Positions 10,691 to 19,652 of a stretch of DNA of 64,000 bases are shown here, piece by piece. The stretch comes from Candidatus Limnocylindrales bacterium (GTDB taxonomy: Bacteria > Chloroflexota > Limnocylindria > Limnocylindrales > CSP1-4). The stretch lies in NCBI GenBank assembly GCA_050010635.1, contig JBEKKR010000014.1, positions 2,876 to 66,875 on the forward strand. Reading direction: 5' to 3'. Below the pieces are notes generated by a model. It worked only from the letters and a program-made list of their open reading frames with translations. It had not been told where the DNA came from and made no database searches. Position 1 is the stretch's first letter; every line of letters starts with the position of its first letter. Made by a program: the position numbers and the translations under genes.

Positions 10691-11527
10691 TCAGCCGAGC
10701 GAGTCGATGTAGGCCTTGATCTGCGGGTACTGGGGCCAGCTGTCGACCGATCCGCCGGTCACCAGCGCGCCGTTGATGAAGACGGCCGGCGTTCCCGTCA
10801 CGCCAGAGGGAGTCGCCTGGTCCTCGGCCGCTATGTCCGCGTAGTGCCTGCCGGCGTCGATGCACGGCTGGTAGGCAGACATGTCGAGTCCGGCCGCCTT
10901 GCCGATGTCGGAGAGCCTGGCCGCGGTGAAGGCCGAGGCATCCTCGGTCGCCGACTGGTTGGCGAAGAGCCAGTCGTGCATCACCCAGAACTTGCCTTGA
11001 TCTGCGGCGCACCAGGCGGCGTTTGCGGCATCGCGGGACGCGGTGTTGCCCTGGATCTTGTCGATCGAGAGGAAGTCGTGCCAGACGAGCTTGACCTTGT
11101 TGGTCGAGATGTAGTTGTCGATCAGGCTCTGCTCGGTTCCACCGGTCGTGAAGCTGAGGCATGCCGAGCAGCGGAAGTCACCGTACAGATCGAGCGTGAT
11201 CGGCGCGTTGGGATAGCCCAGCGTCCGGCCGCTCGCGATGTTCAACGGCGTGACGACCGCCGGCGCAGCCACAGGACCGGAGGCGGGGCCGCTCTTCGCC
11301 CCCGTCGCGATGAGGGTGACGACGACCACGACGACGGCGACCGCCACGAAGGCCAGGCTCCAGAGCGCGAGGGAGCTAACGCCGGACTCGGAACCGCGCG
11401 TGCCGGCTCGGGCGAGGTTACGGTTCACCTCACCGCCGGTTGGGCGGCCCTGCCTGGCCGGCCCCCGGTCGTTGGGCGGCGTGCCGCTGTCTATCGAGAA
11501 ACGCCGGCTGCGGTTCTTGGATGGCAT
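10691..11527 (-). CDS. DsbA-family thiol:disulfide oxidoreductase, membrane-anchored (paralog 1)
   Basis: Cytoplasmic N-tail, one TM, then a thioredoxin-fold domain with CxxC (DFRCSACLSF) and the conserved VWHDF / PAVFINGxxV motifs. Confidence 0.8.
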   Translation of the reverse strand: MPSKNRSRRFSIDSGTPPNDRGPARQGRPTGGEVNRNLARAGTRGSESGVSSLALWSLAFVAVAVVVVVVTLIATGAKSGPASGPVAAPAVVTPLNIASGRTLGYPNAPITLDLYGDFRCSACLSFTTGGTEQSLIDNYISTNKVKLVWHDFLSIDKIQGNTASRDAANAAWCAADQGKFWVMHDWLFANQSATEDASAFTAARLSDIGKAAGLDMSAYQPCIDAGRHYADIAAEDQATPSGVTGTPAVFINGALVTGGSVDSWPQYPQIKAYIDSLG

Positions 11528-11559
11528 CGCGAATTCCCTCTACAGGCCGGCTATCGGGG

Positions 11560-12468
11560 CTAGGACGGAGACGCGCTCGGCGCGGGTGTGGCCGAGGGCG
11601 CCGAGGAGGCACTGGCCGAGGCGCCGGCAGACGGGCTGGGTGTGATGCCGAGGGCCTTGTCGAGGGCCGACTGAATGGTCCCGTAGTCGAAACCGGAAAG
11701 GACAGTCCCGTCGACGACGATCGTCGGCGTGCTGCTGTAGCCGCTCGCGGCCGACTGGTCCGTGATGTCGCTGTTATGCGTGCCGGCGTCCACGCACGAG
11801 TTGAACTTGTTCAGATCCGGGATGCCGGCAAGCTTCGCGATGCTCTTCAGCCGATCCTTGCTGAACGCGCCAGATCCTTCGGAGTACTGGTTGGTGTAGA
11901 GCCAGTCGTGGTATGGCCAGAACATGCCCTGGTCACTGGCACAGCGGGCAGCGTTGGCCGCGTCGAGCGACTCGGTCCCGCCAACGAGCTTGTCGATGAT
12001 GACCAGGTCATGCCAGACGAGCTTGGCCTTGCCGGTCGCAACGTAGTTGGCCACTACCTGCGGCTCGGTATCCACGGCGAAATCGCGGCAATACGGGCAC
12101 TGGAAATCCGAATACACGTCGATCGTGTGCTTCGCGTCGGCGTTGCCGAGCGTGGGACCGCTGGCTGGGATCGACTTCGGCGTCAGGGCGCTCCCGACCG
12201 GGGCGTTGAGGGCGCCGGGCGGCTGCTTGGCCTTGCCCTGGTTGGTGAGGATGAACGCGCCCGCGATGACGATCGCCGCGATCGCGACGGCGATGATTGT
12301 GTACATCATCAGCGGGCCGTTGGAGCCGCTGGAGCCGCGCGTCCCGGCGCGAGCGAGGGCCCGATTCGCCTCCCGAGCCGCGAGGCGCTGCTGCCTGGCA
12401 GACCGGCGGCTGGTCGGCGGCACGCTGCCGCCGCTGGAAGGACGCCCACTCGGACGGTTGGATGTCAT
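11560..12468 (-). CDS. DsbA-family thiol:disulfide oxidoreductase, membrane-anchored (paralog 2)
   Basis: Same architecture as its neighbour. CxxC is DFQCPYCRDF. The N-terminal tails of both paralogs share NRxLARAGTRGS. Confidence 0.8.
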   Translation of the reverse strand: MTSNRPSGRPSSGGSVPPTSRRSARQQRLAAREANRALARAGTRGSSGSNGPLMMYTIIAVAIAAIVIAGAFILTNQGKAKQPPGALNAPVGSALTPKSIPASGPTLGNADAKHTIDVYSDFQCPYCRDFAVDTEPQVVANYVATGKAKLVWHDLVIIDKLVGGTESLDAANAARCASDQGMFWPYHDWLYTNQYSEGSGAFSKDRLKSIAKLAGIPDLNKFNSCVDAGTHNSDITDQSAASGYSSTPTIVVDGTVLSGFDYGTIQSALDKALGITPSPSAGASASASSAPSATPAPSASPS

Positions 12469-12507
12469 CGCGTTTTCCTCGTTCGTTGTTGGGTAGGCAG
12501 TTGTAGG

Positions 12508-13011
12508 TCAGGTGAGCTCGTCGGCAGGTATCGAGTCCGGTTTGGGCGTGTGCAGGTACACCCACAGGGCCACCACGAACCGGAGAACGAGCGAAAGACC
12601 GTACGACTCGCACCAGATGCACACGGCGCCGATCAGGAAGATCTGCGCGAACTGGAACCAGCCTTCGAAGACGACGCCGACGAGCGACAGGCCGTAGTGC
12701 ATGAGCAGGAGGCGGTAGTTGTTGGTCCGCCACCAGGCGATTGCCAGGATCAAGAGCGTGATCGAGAGGAAGACGCCGTAGACGGCGACCGGGATCCCGG
12801 CAAACGGGCGCGAGTAGACGCTGTGCTGGACCGTCTCGCAGCCGTGAATGGGGCCGCACTGGACCTCGCCACCAGGCGTGAGCTCGGTGATAGACAGGTA
12901 CGACGCGATTCCGAGCCCGATCACATCCAGCACGGCCAGCACGAGACCCGGGTGCACGCCGAAGATCCGGTAGGGTGCTGCCGCCTCTTTAGCCGTGCTT
13001 GTGTCTGCCAT
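12508..13011 (-). CDS. Vitamin K epoxide reductase (VKOR) family protein, a DsbB-analogue
   Basis: 167 aa, 4-5 TM. Loop cysteine pair (QCGPIHGC) and the active-site CxxC in a TM helix (CIWC). In an operon with two DsbA paralogs. Confidence 0.85.
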   Translation of the reverse strand: MADTSTAKEAAAPYRIFGVHPGLVLAVLDVIGLGIASYLSITELTPGGEVQCGPIHGCETVQHSVYSRPFAGIPVAVYGVFLSITLLILAIAWWRTNNYRLLLMHYGLSLVGVVFEGWFQFAQIFLIGAVCIWCESYGLSLVLRFVVALWVYLHTPKPDSIPADELT

Positions 13012-13113
13012 TCAGTCCTGCCTTCGAGTGGCGCCGGTGAAGAGCCATTGTTGCCCATTTTCGCGCGCGGGCGCGCCGGCCGAAGCGTCCGCATATGTTA
13101 CTCGACACACGCG

Positions 13114-13132
13114 GATGAGACCTGGTATCATC
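13114..13132. promoter_or_regulatory. 19-bp near-perfect palindrome GATGAGACC-T-GGTATCATC about 30 bp upstream of zur; candidate Zur/Fur-type operator
   Basis: Inverted repeat with 8/9 matching arm positions. It lies in the divergent promoter region between the VKOR operon and zur-znuACB. Confidence 0.3.
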
Positions 13133-13160
13133 CGGCCCAACCTTTGAGACCGAGTATCAA

Positions 13161-13616
13161 GTGGACCAGACCGAACGCATCATCCAAACGCTTGAACGGG
13201 CAGGTTACCAGCCCACGCCAAGCAGGCGCCTGGTGGCCCGGCTCGTTGCGGCCACCGGTGGCCATTTCACCGCGGCCGAGCTGCTCGAGCGCGGGCGGCG
13301 GGAGCGGGTCAAGATCGGTCGGGCGACGGTCTTTCGGGCCCTGGATCTGCTGACCGACCTGCAGGTCGTGGAACGCCTGGATCTACCGAGCGGATCCCAT
13401 GCGTACGTGGTCTGCGATCCGGACGAGCACCATCACCACCTCATCTGCTCGAGCTGCGGCAGGAGCGAGGACGTGGCCGACGGTGATCTGGCCCGGCTGG
13501 TCGACGAGATCGGGCGGCGCCACGGATATCAGATCGAAGCCCACCGGCTGGAGCTGTTCGGGGTCTGCCCGTCCTGCGCGGCGGGGGATGCGAGGCAACG
13601 GGGGACACTCTCGTGA
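13161..13616 (+). CDS. zur: Fur-family transcriptional regulator, probably Zur
   Basis: Fur-family DNA-binding N-domain plus a metal-site motif HHHHLICSSCG...CPSC. Directly upstream of znuACB. Confidence 0.8.
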   Translation: MDQTERIIQTLERAGYQPTPSRRLVARLVAATGGHFTAAELLERGRRERVKIGRATVFRALDLLTDLQVVERLDLPSGSHAYVVCDPDEHHHHLICSSCGRSEDVADGDLARLVDEIGRRHGYQIEAHRLELFGVCPSCAAGDARQRGTLS

Positions 13617-14524
13617 GCCGGACCGTCGCCCCGAGCCGCGCCGCCTCGCTGGCCATCGGCCTTGCGATGGTCATCGTCTCAACCCTGGCCGGCTGCGCGG
13701 CCGGTGCCCCTTCCGGCGGCAAGATCAACGCGGTGGCGGGTGAGAACTTCTACGGCGACCTCGTGTCGAGGGTCGGCGGCGATCTCGTGTCGGTCACCAG
13801 TATCCTCAATGACCCGAACATCGACCCGCACACCTACGAGAGCAGCCCCCAGAACGCCCAGGCTGTCGCCGACGCGACTCTGGTCGTCAAGAACGGTCTC
13901 GGCTACGACGCCTTCCTCGACCATCTGCTCAGCGCGTCGCCGCGGTCCGACCGCAAGGTGATCGACGTCCAGCAGCTGCTCGGCCTGGCGGACGGCGTCA
14001 ACCCGCACATCTGGTACGACCCCCGGACGATGCCGGAGGTCGGCCGTGCAGTCGCCGACGCGCTCGAGGCACTGCAGCCGGCGTCCAGGTCGACCTTTGA
14101 GGCGAACCTGAAGGCCTATCTCGACTCGTTCGCCCCGCTGATAGCGAAGATCGCCGCGATCAAGACCCGCTACCCCGGCACGGCCGTCGCCTACACGGAG
14201 CCGGTAGCGGGGTACCTCATCGCCGCCCTCGGCTTCCAGTCTCTAACGCCCGATGGCTTCGCCAGGTCGATCGAAAACGGCACGGACCCGGCTCCGGCCG
14301 ACGTAGCCGCCCAGCAGGACCTGCTGACCGGCCACAAGGTCAAGCTGCTCCTCTACAACAGCCAGGCGACCTCTCCGGTCACCACGTCGATCAAGACGGT
14401 CGCAAGCCAGTCCGGCGTCCCCGTTGTGGGCATGTCGGAGTTGATGCCCAAGGGCGTGTCTTTCGTCGACTGGCAGGTGGCGCAACTCGATGACATCGAA
14501 ACGGCGATCGGGGGATCTCAATGA
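13613..14524 (+). CDS. znuA: Zinc ABC transporter substrate-binding lipoprotein (ZnuA/TroA family)
   Basis: Lipobox (STLAGC) and TroA-like cluster-9 SBP motifs (NDPNIDPHTYESSPQNA, NPHIWYDP). Confidence 0.85.
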   Translation: MSRTVAPSRAASLAIGLAMVIVSTLAGCAAGAPSGGKINAVAGENFYGDLVSRVGGDLVSVTSILNDPNIDPHTYESSPQNAQAVADATLVVKNGLGYDAFLDHLLSASPRSDRKVIDVQQLLGLADGVNPHIWYDPRTMPEVGRAVADALEALQPASRSTFEANLKAYLDSFAPLIAKIAAIKTRYPGTAVAYTEPVAGYLIAALGFQSLTPDGFARSIENGTDPAPADVAAQQDLLTGHKVKLLLYNSQATSPVTTSIKTVASQSGVPVVGMSELMPKGVSFVDWQVAQLDDIETAIGGSQ

Positions 14525-15408
14525 GAAACGACGGTCGCAAGCCCCGCGCCGCCGGGCCACGGGGGGTGCCGCAGCCGCCGGACGGACCGGCCATGTGCTT
14601 CGACCTGGCCACGCTCGCCTACGGCGATCGAGTCGTCTGGTCGGAGTTGTCGATGACGGTGCCGCAGGGCGAGTTCTTGGCCGTGCTCGGGCCCAACGGA
14701 TCGGGCAAGACGTCGCTCTTGCGGGCTCTGCTCGGCTTGACTCCACTGGCGAGCGGCTCGCTGGAAGTACTCGGCCGGCCGCCACGACGCGGGAATCCGG
14801 CCATCGGCTACGTCCCGCAGCATGCCGGGTTCGATCGGGACGTGCCGCTCCGAGGCCGCGACCTCGTCGCCCTCGGAATCGACGGGCACCGCTGGGGCTT
14901 CGGCCGCCTTTCGCGGGATGATCGAGCCCGTGTGGAGTCGGCTCTTGAAGCAGTCGCCGCCGGTGCGTATGCGAACGAGCCGATCGGCCGGCTGTCCGGC
15001 GGCGAGCAGCAACGCCTCCGCATCGCCCAGGCGCTGGTCGGGGAACCGAGGCTGCTGCTGTGCGACGAGCCCCTGGCGAGCCTGGACCTGCGCTACCAGC
15101 AGGAGATCACCGAACTGATCGGCGGCTGGTCGCGTGACAAGGGCGGCACCGTTGTCTTTGTGACCCACGACGTCAACCCCGTCCTCGGCTACGCGGACCG
15201 AGTCGTATTCGTGGTGAACGGGCGTTGGGCCGCGGGCAGCACGGACGAAGTCCTTACCACCGCGACGATGTCGAATCTCTACAACGCGCCGGTCGAGGTC
15301 CTGCGAGTGCGCGGCCGGATCGTCGTCGTGGGTGAAGCCAGCGGGGCCGGGTTCGACATAGACGAACCGCACCACTTCCCGGAGCCGGCCGGGGTGCACC
15401 ACCGATGA
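14521..15408 (+). CDS. znuC: Zinc ABC transporter ATP-binding protein
   Basis: GPNGSGKTSLLRAL, LSGGEQQRLRIAQAL, LLLCDEP. Confidence 0.85.
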   Translation: MRNDGRKPRAAGPRGVPQPPDGPAMCFDLATLAYGDRVVWSELSMTVPQGEFLAVLGPNGSGKTSLLRALLGLTPLASGSLEVLGRPPRRGNPAIGYVPQHAGFDRDVPLRGRDLVALGIDGHRWGFGRLSRDDRARVESALEAVAAGAYANEPIGRLSGGEQQRLRIAQALVGEPRLLLCDEPLASLDLRYQQEITELIGGWSRDKGGTVVFVTHDVNPVLGYADRVVFVVNGRWAAGSTDEVLTTATMSNLYNAPVEVLRVRGRIVVVGEASGAGFDIDEPHHFPEPAGVHHR

Positions 15409-16247
15409 GCGAGCTCGTCCATCTTCTCGGCTATTCGTTCGTCCAGAACATGCTGCTGGCCGGCGTCCTCGTGGCAACCGTCGCTGGCCTGGTAAGCCGT
15501 TTCGTCGTGGCCCGCAGCATGTCGTTCGCGGTCCACGCCCTGGCCGAGGTCGGCTTCACGGGCTCCGTCGGCTTTCTCCTGCTGGGCCTGTCGCCCGTTC
15601 TGGGGTTGTTGTCCGGGTCGTTCCTCGTCGCTCTCATCATCGGCGCCCTGGGCCTGCGCGTTCGAGAGCGCGACGCGGTCGTCGGCCTCGTCATGGCCTT
15701 CGGTCTGGGCGTTGGCGTGCTCTTCCTGTCCCTCTACGGGCGCTATGCGACAGAGGCCATGGCGCTCCTGTTCGGAGCCATCACCGCCGTCAGCCAGGGC
15801 GACATCATTCTGATGGTGGTCGTGGCAGTCGTGACGATCGCGGGGCTGGCGGTCATGTACCGCCCACTCACCTTCGCCACCGTTGACCCGATCGTCGCCG
15901 AGGCGCGCGGCGTGCCGGTCCGGCTCCTCTCGATCCTCTTCCTGCTGCTGCTCGCGGCGGCGGTCGCCGAGGCCGTTCAGGTCGTGGGCGTGCTGCTCAT
16001 CCTGACGTTGCTGATCACGCCCGGTGCGACGGCCGAACGCCTGACGTCGCATCCGGGCCTGGCAACGTTGGCGAGCGTCTCCGTGGCTCTGCTGGCAACC
16101 GTTGGAGGAATCCTCCTGGCCCTCCTGACCGGGGCTCCGGTGAGCTTTTACGTGACGGCGATCGCCTTCGTCCTGTACATGGGGGCGAGGTTGGGCGCGC
16201 CGGCCCTGGCCCGGCTCCGAAGCCGCGGCGCGAACTCGGCCGCCTGA
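15405..16247 (+). CDS. znuB: Zinc/manganese ABC transporter permease (ZnuB family)
   Basis: ABC-3 type permease, 8-9 TM. Overlapping start/stop with znuC. Confidence 0.85.
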   Translation: MSELVHLLGYSFVQNMLLAGVLVATVAGLVSRFVVARSMSFAVHALAEVGFTGSVGFLLLGLSPVLGLLSGSFLVALIIGALGLRVRERDAVVGLVMAFGLGVGVLFLSLYGRYATEAMALLFGAITAVSQGDIILMVVVAVVTIAGLAVMYRPLTFATVDPIVAEARGVPVRLLSILFLLLLAAAVAEAVQVVGVLLILTLLITPGATAERLTSHPGLATLASVSVALLATVGGILLALLTGAPVSFYVTAIAFVLYMGARLGAPALARLRSRGANSAA

Positions 16248-16264
16248 CGGGCCGACCGGCCAAC

Positions 16265-17410
16265 CTAGCGGGCCGCCAGGAATTCCTCGAGCTCGGCGAA
16301 GGTCGGCATTCCCTCGCGCGCCCCGACGTGGGTCGTGGCCAGCGCGCCGCCGGCGACCGCGCGCTCGACGGCCTCCGCCAGCGGGCGGCCTTCCGCCAGG
16401 GCAGCGGCGAGGGCTCCGCAGAAGGCATCTCCGGCGCCGGTGCTGTCGACGGTGGCGACTCGATCCGCGGAGACCTCCCATACGTGGATGTCGCTTCGAC
16501 GGCCCGCGCTCCTCCGTGCCGCAGCCGGGGCCGGAGCCGGAGTCGGGGCCGGGGTCGGAGCAGCGGGCGCGGCCGCGGCCGGAGCCGGGGCCGCTGTGGC
16601 GTCCGTCGCTCCGCCGCCTTCGGCGTCGGCCGCTGTGGCGTCGGCCGCAGCGCTCAGCCCCGAGCCCACCCTTTCCAGGACCACGACACCGGAGGCGCCG
16701 AGAGTCACGATGACCGCCTTGCGGACACCGGGTCCGTCCGGCCCGGGCTCCAGCAACGAGCGGGCCCTCACGGCCGCATCGGTGCTGGCGTCGACCCGGC
16801 GCCCGGTCCGGCTGGCCTCGGTCTGCAGCAGGGTCGCCAGCTCGTTGCGGTTCGGCGTGACGATGTCGGCGAGTCCGAAGATGGACCGGTCGATGCCGAT
16901 CGCCGGTGCCGGGTTGAGGATCGTCGTCGCGCCGGCGGCGGCGCCGCACATCAGCGCCTCACGGACGACGTGGAGCGGCACCTCGTTGCAGACCAGCATG
17001 ACGTCGCCGTGGAGAGGCCCGAGCCGGGCCAGGCAGTCGCGGACGTAGCCCGACTCGATCGCGCCGTTCGCGCCCGGGACGACGGCGATCTGGTTCTCCC
17101 CGGTCGCGTCCACGAGGATCAGCGCCACTCCCGTCGGCTGGCCGGGCAGGGAGGCGACCATAGAGACATCCACTCGCTCGGAAGAGAGGGCACGCCGGGC
17201 CTCGATCTCGAAAGTGTCGTCCCCGACGGCCCCGATGAAGAGAGTAGGCCGGCGCAAGCGGGCAGCGGCTACGGCCTGGTTGCCGCCCTTGCCGCCGTGG
17301 TGGCGCTCGTAGCTGCCGCCCGTGACGGTCTCGCCCGGATGCGGTAGGTGAGGAACGCGCGCGACAAGGTCGATGTTGACCGAGCCGACCACGATGACGC
17401 GGCCGCTCAT
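16265..17410 (-). CDS. Ribokinase / PfkB-family sugar kinase with an internal Ala/Pro/Thr-rich low-complexity insertion
   Basis: N-terminal IVVGSVNIDL...GGKGGNQAVAAARL and C-terminal VDSTGAGDAFCGALAAAL (PfkB signature 2). These are split by ~55 aa of AAADATAADAEGGGATDATAAPAPAAAAPAAPTPAPTPAPAPAA. Start set at MSGRVIVVGS (ATG at 17408-17410). Confidence 0.8.
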   Translation of the reverse strand: MSGRVIVVGSVNIDLVARVPHLPHPGETVTGGSYERHHGGKGGNQAVAAARLRRPTLFIGAVGDDTFEIEARRALSSERVDVSMVASLPGQPTGVALILVDATGENQIAVVPGANGAIESGYVRDCLARLGPLHGDVMLVCNEVPLHVVREALMCGAAAGATTILNPAPAIGIDRSIFGLADIVTPNRNELATLLQTEASRTGRRVDASTDAAVRARSLLEPGPDGPGVRKAVIVTLGASGVVVLERVGSGLSAAADATAADAEGGGATDATAAPAPAAAAPAAPTPAPTPAPAPAAARRSAGRRSDIHVWEVSADRVATVDSTGAGDAFCGALAAALAEGRPLAEAVERAVAGGALATTHVGAREGMPTFAELEEFLAAR

Positions 17411-17471
17411 ACGCTCGTGCCTCCCCGGTGACGTGGCGCCGGCCTCGCGGCGCCTCCGGCCTGATTGTGCG

Positions 17472-18164
17472 TCAGCGGCGGCTTCTTGGCACGCCCCGGG
17501 CTCTGCAGGAGTCCCGCAGGAAATCGACCGTGCGCTCGAAGGCAAGGTCGGCGGCGGCGGCGCGATAGGCGTCGCGAGACGGCTCCGCGAACCAGTGGCC
17601 CGTCCCCGGGTAGCGGTGGATGACTACGTCGCGGCCGGCCGACCGAAGTGTGGCCTCGAACCCGGCAATCCCCTCGTCGGACTCGAACGGGTCCGTCTCG
17701 GCAAAGTGCCCCAGGACCGGGACCGACGCCCGGGTGAGGCTCCCGCCCGCGATCGAGCCGTAGTACACGACCGAGCCGGCGAGGCGGTCGCGTTCGGCCG
17801 GGCTCCACATCGACCAGGCCGCTCCCAACGAGAAACCCACGGCCGCGAGTCCCGCAGCCGGGCCCAGGCGATCCGCGAGGCGGTCCACCGCTGCCAGGGC
17901 GATCGCATCCGCTGCCGCCTGGTCCATCGAGTCCGACAGCCGCTCGGCCTCCTCGATCGTGGACACCACCGGGCCGCCATAGAGGTCCGGAGCGAAGACG
18001 GCGAACCCGGCCGCGGCCAACCGGTCGGCGTACAGGACGACGTCGTCGTTCAGGCCCCACCAGGCGTGGAACAGGACCACGCCCGGCGCCCCGGGCGTGA
18101 AGTCGCCAGTCGCGTACAGGCGGTTGGCGGTACCTCCGGACTCGATCTTCTCGAACGTGCCCAT
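17472..18164 (-). CDS. Dienelactone hydrolase family protein
   Basis: LFHAWWGLND...FAVFAPDLYGG...GFSLGAAWS...HRYPGTGHWF. Start set at MGTFEKIE (ATG 18162-18164), because the longer six-frame ORF runs through tRNA-Asp. Confidence 0.75.
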   Translation of the reverse strand: MGTFEKIESGGTANRLYATGDFTPGAPGVVLFHAWWGLNDDVVLYADRLAAAGFAVFAPDLYGGPVVSTIEEAERLSDSMDQAAADAIALAAVDRLADRLGPAAGLAAVGFSLGAAWSMWSPAERDRLAGSVVYYGSIAGGSLTRASVPVLGHFAETDPFESDEGIAGFEATLRSAGRDVVIHRYPGTGHWFAEPSRDAYRAAAADLAFERTVDFLRDSCRARGVPRSRR

Positions 18165-18285
18165 GACAATCCTCGGCTGCGCCTCGATGCCCCCTGAGTA
18201 TTGCTCCGCGGAGCCCGACCCGCGAGTCTCGGCGTCCGGGTATCGACCGGCCGAATTGACGCCGCCGGACGACAGGCTACCGCGG

Positions 18286-18319
18286 GCAAAAGAAAGCCCC
18301 GTCCGGGCGGGGACGGGGC
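18286..18319 (-). terminator. Intrinsic terminator hairpin downstream of tRNA-Asp (minus strand)
   Basis: Stem CCCCGTCC / GGACGGGG with a 6-nt loop, followed on the minus strand by a UUUCUUUU tract. Confidence 0.5.
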
Positions 18320-18333
18320 TGGGATATGCACTA

Positions 18334-18410
18334 TGGCGGGCTCGACCGGATTCGAACCGGCGATCTCCAGCGTGACAGGCTGGCATGTTAGGCCGCTACA
18401 CCACGAGCCC
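18334..18410 (-). tRNA. tRNA-Asp (anticodon GTC)
   Basis: Reverse complement gives GGGCTCGTGGTGTAGCGGCCTAACATGCCAGCCTGTCACGCTGGAGATCGCCGGTTCGAATCCGGTCGAGCCCGCCA. It has a 7-bp acceptor stem, anticodon stem CCAGC / GCTGG with loop CTGTCAC, a TTCGAAT T-loop and a CCA end. Confidence 0.85.
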
Positions 18411-18542
18411 GTGCCGACCGCGAAGGATAGCAGGTGCCGGCTCCGATGTCCGGGCCGGCCGCGGCCAAATCATCGCGCCGACCTATACTCGACCGACCAC
18501 TCCGCGGCGGCTCCGCGAGCCCAAGAGCGAGGCGCGCTCCCG

Positions 18543-19652
18543 ATGATCGATCTCCGCAGCGATACCGTGACCCATCCCACGCCGGCGATGCGCAAGGCCA
18601 TGTACGAGGCCGAGCTCGGCGACGACGTCTGGGGTGACGATCCCACCGTCAACGCCCTACAGGAGCGCGCCGCCGAGCTGCTCGGCAAGGAGGCCGCGCT
18701 CTTCGTCGCCAGCGGATCGATGGCCAACCTCGTCTCGCAGCTCGGCCACCTGGCCCGCGGGCAGGAGACGATCGCCGGGGCGAGCACGCACATCGTCGAC
18801 GACGAGCAGGCGGGCCACGCGGTCGTCGTCGGGACATCGATCCGCCAGATGCGCGAGAACCCGGACGGCACCTTCGACCTCGACGAGCTCGAGGAAGCCT
18901 TCCGCGACCCGTCCGACCCACACCAGCCGATCACGGGCCTGGTTGCCCTGGAGAACACCCACGCCCATTCGATGGGCCAGCCGCTCAGCCTCGAATACAC
19001 GCGGGCTGTGGCGAAGATCGCCCACGCTCACGGTGTCCCGCTCCACGTCGACGGCGCTCGCTTCTTCGACGCTGTCGTCGCCGAGGGGCTGACGCCGAGG
19101 CAGCTGGCCGAACCGTCCGACTCGGTCGCCTTCTGCCTCTCGAAAGGCCTCGCCTGCCCGATCGGCTCGATGGTCGTCGGCTCGAAGGAGTTCATCCACA
19201 AGGCCTGGCGCGGGCGCAAGCTCGTCGGCGGCGGGATGCGCCAGGTCGGCATCGTGGCCGCGGCCGGGCTCGTGGCCCTGAGCGACGGCCCCGACGGGAC
19301 GATCACCCGGCTGGCCGAGGATCACGCCAATGCCCGCCGCCTGGCCGAGGGACTGGCCGCGATGGACGGCATCGAGTCGCCCGGCGGCCTGGCCCAGCCG
19401 ACGCCCGGCCCCCTGGACCCGCGCCGCGCCACCACAAACTTCGTGGTCTTCCGCGTTCGCGGCAACCGCGCCGCCTTCCTCGACGGGATCCGGTCCCGCG
19501 GCGTGCTGATGACCGAGTACAACCACGGAACCGTCCGCGCTGTCACCCACTACGGCGTCACCGAGGCAGACATCGATCGTGTCGTGGCTGCCTGCGCCGA
19601 CGCCCTTCGCGAAACCACGACCAGGACCGCCGCCGCAGCCATGGAGCGATAG
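18543..19652 (+). CDS. ltaE: Low-specificity L-threonine aldolase
   Basis: MIDLRSDTVTHPTPAMRKAM...GDDVWGDDPT...ASGSMANL... PLP-dependent threonine aldolase family. The six-frame ORF from 18201 is an upstream over-extension. Confidence 0.85.
   Translation: MIDLRSDTVTHPTPAMRKAMYEAELGDDVWGDDPTVNALQERAAELLGKEAALFVASGSMANLVSQLGHLARGQETIAGASTHIVDDEQAGHAVVVGTSIRQMRENPDGTFDLDELEEAFRDPSDPHQPITGLVALENTHAHSMGQPLSLEYTRAVAKIAHAHGVPLHVDGARFFDAVVAEGLTPRQLAEPSDSVAFCLSKGLACPIGSMVVGSKEFIHKAWRGRKLVGGGMRQVGIVAAAGLVALSDGPDGTITRLAEDHANARRLAEGLAAMDGIESPGGLAQPTPGPLDPRRATTNFVVFRVRGNRAAFLDGIRSRGVLMTEYNHGTVRAVTHYGVTEADIDRVVAACADALRETTTRTAAAAMER

Noticed and set aside
13011-13160. Possibility that the zur upstream palindrome is a transcription terminator for the VKOR operon
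   Set aside because: The VKOR operon is transcribed away from this region (its start codon is at 13011). The arms are AT-containing and separated by 1 nt, more operator-like than a terminator stem.
11440-13353. 637-aa plus-strand ORF over the DsbA/VKOR operon
   Set aside because: Antisense to three genes with clear CxxC/thioredoxin and VKOR motifs. The translation is low-complexity Arg/Gly-rich.
15279-16949. 556-aa minus-strand ORF overlapping znuB and ribokinase
   Set aside because: Poly-Arg/Gly/Asp low-complexity product. It is out of frame with ribokinase and antisense to znuB.
18165-18386. N-terminal extension of the dienelactone hydrolase ORF
   Set aside because: It would run through the tRNA-Asp gene and its terminator. 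The internal ATG at 18162-18164 (MGTFEKIE) gives a normal-length family member.
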